A DNA stretch of 64,000 nt from a virus (Duplodnaviria; Caudoviricetes): the IMG/VR virus record IMGVR_UViG_3300029305_000878, positions 3,469 to 67,468 of that record; one strand, 5' to 3'. Position 1 is the stretch's first letter. Each line of letters begins with the position of its first letter. Position numbers and translations under genes: made by a program. The notes under the pieces were generated by a model, which saw only the letters and a program-made list of their open reading frames with translations, did not search any database and was not told the DNA's origin. This document shows positions 53,663-60,707 of the stretch, piece after piece.

Positions 53663-54904
53663 ATGACAAAACAAGAATTTAAAAGTTTGAAAGTAGGTGA
53701 CAAGGTTAAGATTATTGCAGAGAGTCCTAAACCCTGGGTTTGTAATCAATGGAATGAATGCATGGAAGAGTATGTTGGTAAAACGGTAACCGTGGAGAGA
53801 GGTCCGCTATCAGATAGCAGCGTAGGTATTTATGTCAGAATCAAAGAAGACGGCTGCGCATGGCACTGGTACCCTCATCATATCGAAAAGAAGATCGTTA
53901 CGTATAAGGATAAGTTGAAGGAAGAGCATCCTGATAGAATCAACCCCCTCAGTTGGGGTGGATGCGAGGCTTGCCCTGGGACCTATTACGATGGGGCTCC
54001 TAGATCGGTGGATTGCCCCCACGCAAATCGCGCGGATTGTGAAAAATGCTGGAACAGCGAGTTTAAGGACTTTACATGCACCGAGAAAGCACCCGAAGTA
54101 AAAGAAGTTAAGCGTCCTGCTAAAGTCGGCGAATGGATTAAGATTATTGATGCAAAAGAAACACATGGCACTTACGAAGACGGTGATATTCTGAAAGTAT
54201 ACAAGCTCACTGTTCTGGGCGTTTATTGCGAGATGAAGAGAAAAACTTTCTGGGGCAATAACGACAACGGCAATCTCTATATTGGCGAAAGCGAATACGT
54301 AGTCCTTGAAAACTATAAACCTATGGCGGAAGACGATGCGGCGCAGAGACGTATCGCTGAGTTGGAAGAGATGGTAAAGGACCTTCGTGAGCAATACGCT
54401 AAATCCCGTGAAGAGTGTGATATGCTGCATGAGGAGAACAAAAATCTCACGGAGGAAAACGAAGAGCTTGAGAAAGAGAATGACTGTCTCGTTAAGTGCT
54501 GCCAGGACTGTGGTGAACAGTACGACGAACTTAAAGGAGAAAACGAAGAGCTTGAGAAAGAAAACAAGAGACTCAAAGATGAAGCCGGTACGTTTGTAGT
54601 AGAACTTGATCTTATTAAGAGCCAACTTAAGGCAGCCGGTATTCCTCTTAACGCTGTACTCAACGGTAAAGCTGAAAGAGTCATGAACTATGCATGTTAC
54701 TATTGTGCTTCGAACCGCGAAGATCTGAAGAAAGATATTATCGAGAAGGCTAAGAAGATTCTTAATAATACACAGTTTATCGTTAAGTTTGATAATTTCA
54801 GAAGAAAGACGGGGCTTAATCGCGTTAACGAATCCGTGCATGACGCATATACCAATTATAGAGACCGTTGCATTGCGAGACTCGACAAACTTTTGGAGGA
54901 TTAA
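53663..54904 (+). CDS. Mosaic protein: SH3-like/KOW-like segments, Cys cluster, coiled coil (413 aa)
   Basis: LKVGDKVKII and AKVGEWIKII modules; ENEELEKEN repeated (23-bp duplicate at 54455 and 54539). Confidence 0.7.
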   Translation: MTKQEFKSLKVGDKVKIIAESPKPWVCNQWNECMEEYVGKTVTVERGPLSDSSVGIYVRIKEDGCAWHWYPHHIEKKIVTYKDKLKEEHPDRINPLSWGGCEACPGTYYDGAPRSVDCPHANRADCEKCWNSEFKDFTCTEKAPEVKEVKRPAKVGEWIKIIDAKETHGTYEDGDILKVYKLTVLGVYCEMKRKTFWGNNDNGNLYIGESEYVVLENYKPMAEDDAAQRRIAELEEMVKDLREQYAKSREECDMLHEENKNLTEENEELEKENDCLVKCCQDCGEQYDELKGENEELEKENKRLKDEAGTFVVELDLIKSQLKAAGIPLNAVLNGKAERVMNYACYYCASNREDLKKDIIEKAKKILNNTQFIVKFDNFRRKTGLNRVNESVHDAYTNYRDRCIARLDKLLED

Positions 54905-54907
54905 GAT

Positions 54908-55480
54908 ATGAAGAAGATTCCTACTTTATTTGTAAGAGATTTCGAGGGTCATAGAGTCATACGCATTCTCGGTAAGATTACCCCTGGATGCGAAGAGGCG
55001 TTTAAGAATGGTCTTGCTACAATTAAGTTTGACGGTGTATGCTGCGCTATCATCAACGGAGTATTCTATAAGCGCTACGATGCTAAGAAAGGAAAGAAGC
55101 CACCTGAAGGCGCTATTCCTTGCTGTGATCCCGATCCCGTTACAGGTCATTGGCCTCATTGGGTGAAGGTCGGTGATGGCCCGGAAGATAAGTGGTTTAA
55201 AAAAGCTTACCACAATTCGCCCGAGCATTGGTCTAACGATGGTACGTACGAAGCAGTCGGTCCTCACTTCCAGGGGAATCCGTATAATTTATTCAATGAC
55301 TTTCTTGTACAACATGGCGATGTGGTTATCGAGGTTGAAAGAACCTTCGAAGGCGTTGAAAAATGGCTTAAAGCGAATAATGAAGAAGGCATTGTCTTCT
55401 GGTTAAATGGTGAGCCGGTTTGTAAAATTAAGCGAACCGACTTTGGACTTCCGTGGAACGGAAAAGGAGAAAGGAAGTGA
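54908..55480 (+). CDS. RNA-ligase-like nucleotidyltransferase (DUF5565-like, recalled)
   Basis: Motif I TIKFDG, YEAVG, EEGIVF, CKIKR. Confidence 0.65.
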   Translation: MKKIPTLFVRDFEGHRVIRILGKITPGCEEAFKNGLATIKFDGVCCAIINGVFYKRYDAKKGKKPPEGAIPCCDPDPVTGHWPHWVKVGDGPEDKWFKKAYHNSPEHWSNDGTYEAVGPHFQGNPYNLFNDFLVQHGDVVIEVERTFEGVEKWLKANNEEGIVFWLNGEPVCKIKRTDFGLPWNGKGERK

Positions 55481-55602
55481 AAGTCTTATTTATATTCCTG
55501 TTATGGACGTGGGGAATTACTCCTACGTGGGTAAACATTTTGGGGACCTGCCTGTTAGGGTTAGGTATCCTTTGTGATTTGGCAGAGATCTATAAAAAAT
55601 GA
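55477..55602 (+). CDS. Small hydrophobic peptide (41 aa; not in ORF track)
   Basis: AAAGGA RBS; GTG start overlaps upstream stop. Confidence 0.45.
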   Translation: MKVLFIFLLWTWGITPTWVNILGTCLLGLGILCDLAEIYKK

Positions 55603-55610
55603 GGTGAGAA

Positions 55611-55859
55611 ATGTCAGTCGAACAAATGAGAGACGCTATTGCCGACGTGTATACGGGTTATGCGTGGAAGAGTAAAGTTGCCAGGATGCCCGATGATCAG
55701 GTAATGGCTATATATTTCAAATTTCAAAGTAGCGGAATACTCGATGGTTCGAAGGTGTTGAAACCTAATGGCGAAGAGAAAAAAGAGGCTAAGTGTGTTA
55801 ATCCCTTCTTTCAAAAGCAGGCGGGGGAACAGCTTAGTCTCTTTGACTATCTGAAATAA
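55611..55859 (+). CDS. Hypothetical protein
   Basis: GAGGTG RBS. Confidence 0.7.
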   Translation: MSVEQMRDAIADVYTGYAWKSKVARMPDDQVMAIYFKFQSSGILDGSKVLKPNGEEKKEAKCVNPFFQKQAGEQLSLFDYLK

Positions 55860-55881
55860 AATTTAATAGGAGAAAAAGAAA

Positions 55882-56514
55882 ATGGAAAAGAAGAAAATTA
55901 CAAGAAGGGAGCTCGATACTTTTTTAAGAAAACATAAATTGTGGTTGGTCGATGATCCAAAAGGCGAACGAGCGGATCTCAGTGGAGCGAATCTCAGTAG
56001 AGCGGATCTCCGTGGAGCGAATCTCCGTGGAGCGGATCTCAGTGGAGCGGATCTCAGTAGAGCGGATCTCCGTGGAGCGAATCTCCGTGGAGCGGATCTC
56101 AGTGGAGCGGATCTCAGTAGAGCGGATCTCAGTAGAGCGAATCTCTATAGAGCGAATCTCAGTAGAGCGAAAAATGTGAGTTGTCCGTTGGCTTGCCCAG
56201 AGAAAGGTTCTTTTACGGCGTTTAAGAAAGCTGGATATTACATCGTCGAATTATATATCCCCGCTAGCGCAAAACGCAGCTCGGCAACAAGTCGTAAGTG
56301 CCGATGCGATAAAGCTAAAGTTGTATCAATCACTAATACGGACGGCACTCCTACTAATATTACGCAAGTAAATAGCGGCTACGATAAGGATTTTATATAT
56401 ACCGTCGGCGAATACGTGAGCGTGGATAATTTTGAGGAGGATCGCTGGAAAGAATGCGCGCCTGGGATTCACTTCTTTATCACTCGTCAAGAGGCGGTTG
56501 AGTATTTAGGTTAA
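55882..56514 (+). CDS. Pentapeptide repeat protein with C-terminal DUF5758-like domain
   Basis: 13 x A(D/N)L(S/R/Y)(G/R); C-terminal KCRCDKAKV...CAPGIHFF. Confidence 0.9.
   Translation: MEKKKITRRELDTFLRKHKLWLVDDPKGERADLSGANLSRADLRGANLRGADLSGADLSRADLRGANLRGADLSGADLSRADLSRANLYRANLSRAKNVSCPLACPEKGSFTAFKKAGYYIVELYIPASAKRSSATSRKCRCDKAKVVSITNTDGTPTNITQVNSGYDKDFIYTVGEYVSVDNFEEDRWKECAPGIHFFITRQEAVEYLG
55972..56166 (+). repeat. 13 x 15-bp coding tandem repeat
   Basis: GCG(G/A)ATCTC-NNT(G/A)GA units, including a 60-bp higher-order duplication. Confidence 0.95.
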
Positions 56515-56526
56515 GAAGGAGAAGAA

Positions 56527-56757
56527 ATGACAAAGAAAGAATGGAGCATTAAGTTCGCTAAACGTATAGAATATTTTCTTGATAGACTTGATATGTATCA
56601 GATAGATCTTGCTGTTGCGGCTGGTATCACGCCCGTACGACTTAGCAGATACTTGAATGGTCATCACATACCTTCCGCTACTGTTATAGTAAATATCGCA
56701 AAAGCTTTGCATGTATCTAGCAGCGATCTGATTGATTTTGGGGAGTGGGTGGACTGA
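56527..56757 (+). CDS. XRE-family HTH regulator
   Basis: QIDLAVAAGITPVRLSRYLNGHHIPS...IAKALHVS. Confidence 0.85.
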   Translation: MTKKEWSIKFAKRIEYFLDRLDMYQIDLAVAAGITPVRLSRYLNGHHIPSATVIVNIAKALHVSSSDLIDFGEWVD

Positions 56758-56972
56758 TGATGCATATTGATATTTTGAAAAGGTTCGAAGAGGTCTGTTG
56801 TGTTAAGCATGCAGACATCCTCTGTTGGTTCCCCAATGGCAAAAACTCTATAAGAGTGCGTATGTATGCTCACCCGGACTTGATATTTACTTATAAGTCC
56901 AAGAAAAAGTGGAGTGTACAGACGGTTGATAGCTGGCTGGATAGTCAGAAGCAGGAGGTGAAAGATGGCTAG
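56757..56972 (+). CDS. Hypothetical protein (W-x-P-x-G-x2-SI family; paralog of 59098-59274)
   Basis: CWFPNGKNSIRV. Confidence 0.65.
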   Translation: MMHIDILKRFEEVCCVKHADILCWFPNGKNSIRVRMYAHPDLIFTYKSKKKWSVQTVDSWLDSQKQEVKDG

Positions 56973-57291
56973 TGAGACAAGCTTACGTCCGTGTAAGGCC
57001 GATGGCGTGACTGCTATATTCCATCGATGGGTGGATAAGGATGATATTTACATAAAGATGAATAACGTTGTGTATCGTCAAAAAGATGTAGCGGAAAGAA
57101 TCCGTACAGCAGTCCAGGAATCTCACGTACTGACGGGCGATCAAGATATTGTCATAGTGCGTGCTACGGCTGCTTTAGTAGAGTATCCGAACGGTGAGAT
57201 GCATACGGTGGATGCTGAGAAGATTACTTTCTTGGATACCGAAACATTGATGAGTGATGTGTTTTACGAGGTGAAAGATGGAATACAATAA
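56965..57291 (+). CDS. Hypothetical protein
   Basis: AGGAGGTG RBS; AIFHRW...ALVEYPNG. Confidence 0.7.
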   Translation: MASETSLRPCKADGVTAIFHRWVDKDDIYIKMNNVVYRQKDVAERIRTAVQESHVLTGDQDIVIVRATAALVEYPNGEMHTVDAEKITFLDTETLMSDVFYEVKDGIQ

Positions 57292-57616
57292 ACTCGTACG
57301 GGATAAGATTCCTGAAATTTTAGCCGACAAAGGTATGAAAGTCGTTTTTAGAAGCTTATCCGATGAAGAAATGAAAACTGCGCTGGCTCATAAGTTGCTG
57401 GAAGAAGTGGAAGAGCTTTTGATGTCCGATACAATAGATGAGGCCGTCGAGGAGTTGGCCGACGTGTATGAAGTTTTAGATGCTATTAAGTTGTCGATGC
57501 CATTTATTGGTCTAGGTGATCGTGTGTCTATGATGCTTAAGAAAAAGCGTGAAGAGAAAGGTGCTTTCTATAAACACTACTTCTTAATAAGTGCTGAGGA
57601 GGCTGAGAATGGTTAA
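57278..57616 (+). CDS. MazG-like / phosphoribosyl-ATP pyrophosphohydrolase-like protein
   Basis: YNKLVRDKIPEI...KLLEEVEE...EELADVYEV...KREEKGAF. Confidence 0.85.
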   Translation: MEYNKLVRDKIPEILADKGMKVVFRSLSDEEMKTALAHKLLEEVEELLMSDTIDEAVEELADVYEVLDAIKLSMPFIGLGDRVSMMLKKKREEKGAFYKHYFLISAEEAENG

Positions 57617-57809
57617 GTATTTCTGCGATGTATGTGGGAAGGAAGTAAACAGGGTCCATTCCGTTCCTATTGGACTTAAGCTGTTTGACATGTGTCCTAT
57701 ATGCTATACGAGACTGAACAAGCAACGCGAGCAAGCACAGAAGAACGTTGAAATAAAATTCATAAAAAGCAAGGGCGAGTACTGCGAAGAGGTGTACGAT
57801 GAAAACTGA
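57609..57809 (+). CDS. Small zinc-finger protein
   Basis: YFCDVCGKE...DMCPIC. Confidence 0.7.
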   Translation: MVKYFCDVCGKEVNRVHSVPIGLKLFDMCPICYTRLNKQREQAQKNVEIKFIKSKGEYCEEVYDEN

Positions 57810-58125
57810 TGAAATGGGATATATAACTGACATCGCGGTCCACGAAGCTATCTGTTTATTAAATCCTTTGATATATGGTACTGAAATAGCTAGAGGTAAC
57901 GGTAAAAGTGTACTGACTACTAATCGTGCAACCGCATGGTGCAGAATCATAGAAGAGCTGAGCAATCTTAAAAACACCATAAAAGCAAACGAAGAAGCTT
58001 GGGCTATCAAGGAAGATAGTTACAAAAAGCAGATCAAAGACCTGAAAAACGAAAACAGTATGCTAAAAGTACATATCGAGGGTTATAAGCAAGGTTATGA
58101 GCTGCGTAGACCGGAAGATCTTTGA
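57799..58125 (+). CDS. Coiled-coil hypothetical protein
   Basis: GAGGTG RBS. Confidence 0.65.
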   Translation: MKTDEMGYITDIAVHEAICLLNPLIYGTEIARGNGKSVLTTNRATAWCRIIEELSNLKNTIKANEEAWAIKEDSYKKQIKDLKNENSMLKVHIEGYKQGYELRRPEDL

Positions 58126-58132
58126 TATTCAT

Positions 58133-58159
58133 AACGCAGAAAAAACATCTTCTGTTATG
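58133..58159 (+). promoter_or_regulatory. Class-E motif copy 14
   Basis: AACGCA gaaaaaaCAtcttc TGTTATG. Confidence 0.65.
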
Positions 58160-58195
58160 GACCGAAAGGTTACTAAATTTTAATGGAGAAGTGTT

Positions 58196-58600
58196 ATGAA
58201 AGACAAATTGAAGGAACTGAAGGCATTTGTGAAGAAGCACGAGAAAGTAATCATCGTCGCAACTACAGCGATTGGTGGTGTGATCGTTTATGCGATTACG
58301 AAGAAGAGTATTGCGAATCGTAAAGCGAAACTTATAGCGGAAGAGGCGGTGAAGGCACAACTCGATTACGAAGCCGATAGAGTGAAGAGAATCGCTGAGT
58401 TGGCTCCTAATTGGAGTACGGGGACTTTGACCGAGATAGCTAAAGATTTCGTTTATGATCCTACTCAATATGAATTAATCGTAAATGATATCACGCCTGC
58501 TGATCTTGGTAAGGTTGGTGAAGATATTTTGAAGCTTGAAGGCGTCACTGATGAAACCACAGTGAGTATGTTAGCGTACACTATCGCTAAGAAAGATTGA
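58196..58600 (+). CDS. N-anchored membrane protein (134 aa)
   Basis: KHEKVIIVATTAIGGVIVYAITKK. Confidence 0.75.
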   Translation: MKDKLKELKAFVKKHEKVIIVATTAIGGVIVYAITKKSIANRKAKLIAEEAVKAQLDYEADRVKRIAELAPNWSTGTLTEIAKDFVYDPTQYELIVNDITPADLGKVGEDILKLEGVTDETTVSMLAYTIAKKD

Positions 58601-58617
58601 AGGAACTAAGGTAAAAT

Positions 58618-58649
58618 GAGGGATCGTGGAAACACGGTCTCTTGTTTTT
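58618..58649 (+). terminator. Cassette terminator
   Basis: GAGGGATCGTG gaaa CACGGTCTCTT followed by T-run. Confidence 0.75.
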
Positions 58650-58694
58650 CGTGAAAAATCGTACGTAGCCCGCTTGAAAACTCATGGAAAGTTC

Positions 58695-59050
58695 TGGCCA
58701 AGTTTGTTTTTAAAAGTGGGCAGAAAGTGGGCTTTGGTCAAGTTTGCCCGGATTTTTTAAGGTAGTGTACGGACGAAAATTGTGAAAAAATTGATTTTTG
58801 GTCAAAAAAAGTGGGCTTTTGGTCACTTTCAAAACCCAAAAGTGGGCAGAAAGATAGTTGCAGGTAAGTCGAAAAAATGGCTAAAAAGGGCCAAAAACGG
58901 CCTAAAAGTTATCAAAAACGATAATTTTATGGGTGTTTTTAAGACTCGAAAAATTTTCTGGTCAAATGCCCACTTATTTTTATAACTATTATGATAAAAA
59001 AATTTTAATATATATAATAATAGAGCGAAAAAAGTGGGCAAAGTGGGCAG
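58695..59050. repeat. Iteron-like AAAGTGGGC repeats with AT-rich core (candidate origin)
   Basis: AAAGTGGGC at 58713, 58724, 58808, 58839, 59031, 59040; inverted GCCCACTT at 58968; TGGTCA boxes; AT-rich 58976-59022. Confidence 0.7.
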
Positions 59051-59097
59051 AAGGCATTTTGAGGTGAATTTTATACAAGTATTATGAAGGAGTAGTC

Positions 59098-59274
59098 ATG
59101 AGTAAGAAAGTTACCTGGCATGATATTTATAGCGAGTTTAGAGCTAGTCATCCTAAGTTGCGCAACGAGATTACTGGGTGGCAGCCCCAAGGATATTTGA
59201 GTATCGTACTGACATGTAAGGATGGAAGGAAGATGACTTACGACTATTTAACTAAGAGATGTTATTTCATATAG
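59098..59274 (+). CDS. Hypothetical protein (58 aa; not in ORF track)
   Basis: AAGGAG RBS; MSKKVTWHDIY...GWQPQGYLSIVL. Confidence 0.7.
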   Translation: MSKKVTWHDIYSEFRASHPKLRNEITGWQPQGYLSIVLTCKDGRKMTYDYLTKRCYFI

Positions 59275-59282
59275 ATATTGGT

Positions 59283-59309
59283 TGCGCGATTTAAACAAAC
59301 CCTATTATG
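59283..59309 (+). promoter_or_regulatory. Class-E motif copy 15
   Basis: TGCGCG atttaaaCAaaccc TATTATG. Confidence 0.75.
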
Positions 59310-59336
59310 AAATAAAATTTAAAGGAGGAATCGGTC

Positions 59337-59666
59337 ATGAAAAAAATTGATTGGAAATCTGTTGGAAAGTTTGCTAAAGATGCTTGCCAAGTAGCGGTGG
59401 GCGGTATCGCAGTATGTTTACCATTCATACTTAATGCGTACAGAGCAACTACAACTAGACGTTATGAAGTGCCGAATTACTGGGTTACGTACAGTGATGC
59501 GGTGAGAGCAATAATGGATAGTGATATGTTCTCAAGCCAAAAGATCGAAGCGGTAGAACTACTCAAGCGAGACAGCACTAGCGATTACTATAAGGCGGTA
59601 ATCTGTGTAGTAAACAGTGACATGTTCACTAGTCAAAAAATAGAGACGATTGAAAAATTAAGCTAA
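59337..59666 (+). CDS. N-anchored membrane protein with internal repeat
   Basis: VAVGGIAVCLPFIL; YxxAVxxxxxSDMFxSQKIE twice. Confidence 0.75.
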   Translation: MKKIDWKSVGKFAKDACQVAVGGIAVCLPFILNAYRATTTRRYEVPNYWVTYSDAVRAIMDSDMFSSQKIEAVELLKRDSTSDYYKAVICVVNSDMFTSQKIETIEKLS

Positions 59667-59678
59667 TTTCAAAAAGAC

Positions 59679-59709
59679 GGGGATTGTGGCGACACAGTCT
59701 CTTTCTTTT
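59679..59709 (+). terminator. Cassette terminator
   Basis: GGGGATTGTG gcga CACAGTCTCT followed by T-run. Confidence 0.75.
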
Positions 59710-59740
59710 GGTTTTGCAAGTAATTTAACTATTCAAAAGA

Positions 59741-59767
59741 TTCGCGAAAAAAACACGCCCTTTTATG
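59741..59767 (+). promoter_or_regulatory. Class-E motif copy 16 (heads the nuclease-RNAP operon)
   Basis: TTCGCG aaaaaaaCAcgccc TTTTATG. Confidence 0.75.
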
Positions 59768-59841
59768 AGAGGAAGGCTTAAAAATTATTTTTAACACTTT
59801 CTTTCTCTTTTATATTCATTAGAAAAGACGGAGGGGTCAAT

Positions 59842-60132
59842 ATGCTTGAAAACAGATTCAAAACTAAGCTTATCAAAGAGCTTAGAGAGATGTTTCCAAA
59901 CTGTATTATTTTGCATATGGATCCTAATGAAATACAAGGGATTCCAGACCTATTGATATTGTATAAGAATCGTTGGGCAGCACTTGAAGGTAAAAAAAGC
60001 GTTACCGCATCGGTTCGCCCCAATCAAGAGTATTATGTCGATTTAATGGATAGCATGTCTTTCGCGTCTTTTATATCCCCGGAAACTAAAGATGAAGTAC
60101 TCGATGCACTTTATCTTCATTTCATAAATTAA
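59842..60132 (+). CDS. VRR-NUC nuclease (Holliday junction resolvase-like)
   Basis: LENRF...GIPDLL...ALEGKK...RPNQEYY. Confidence 0.85.
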   Translation: MLENRFKTKLIKELREMFPNCIILHMDPNEIQGIPDLLILYKNRWAALEGKKSVTASVRPNQEYYVDLMDSMSFASFISPETKDEVLDALYLHFIN

Positions 60133-60147
60133 AAGGAGAAAAGAAGC

Positions 60148-60705
60148 ATGCAATTTAACAACCACAGAAATTTAGAGGGGCTACATGCTCCTTTTAGCGC
60201 AAGTCAGTCTCATTGGCTTAGGTATGATGACGAAAAAGCAATAGAAAGATATCGTACCAAAAAAGCTGCAGAAAGGGGGACTAGACTTCACGCATGGGCT
60301 AAAGAGGCCATCGACTTAGGAATAAAAATGCCTCGATCTAACCAAACCATTTACGCATATATTAACGATGCTATTGGTTTTAAAATGAATACCGAAGTAG
60401 TTTTATATTATTCCGATAGATTCTTTGGCACAGCCGATGCTATATGTTTCAGAAAAAACAAACTTAGAATTCACGACTTGAAAACCGGAAAAGAACCGGC
60501 ACACATTGAGCAGTTGTATGTATACGCTGCTTATTTCTGTTTGGAGTACAAAATCAAACCTAGCGACATCGAGATTGAATTACGTATCTATCAAAATGAT
60601 GAGGTTTTGTATGATAATCCTACTGCCGAAGATATTGTTCCGGTTATGGATAAAATCATTCATTTTGACAAGTTATTAGCAAAAGCAGAATACGAGGAGG
60701 TATAA
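60148..60705 (+). CDS. PD-(D/E)XK exonuclease (Cas4-like/DUF2800-like)
   Basis: FSASQSHW, AERGTRLH, GTADAI, IHDLKTG, QLYVYA. Confidence 0.8.
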   Translation: MQFNNHRNLEGLHAPFSASQSHWLRYDDEKAIERYRTKKAAERGTRLHAWAKEAIDLGIKMPRSNQTIYAYINDAIGFKMNTEVVLYYSDRFFGTADAICFRKNKLRIHDLKTGKEPAHIEQLYVYAAYFCLEYKIKPSDIEIELRIYQNDEVLYDNPTAEDIVPVMDKIIHFDKLLAKAEYEEV

Positions 60706-60707
60706 CT

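Noticed and set aside
58782-59041. ORFs 58782-58985 (+) and 58829-59041 (-)
   Set aside because: Translate the AAAGTGGGC repeats; no RBS; region better explained as a cis-acting element
59060-59086. TATTATG as a 17th class-E motif
   Set aside because: Lacks CGC and CA at the conserved positions
60148-60705. Cas4-like nuclease as a CRISPR component
   Set aside because: Stand-alone PD-(D/E)XK nuclease in normal phage recombination context; no array or other cas genes
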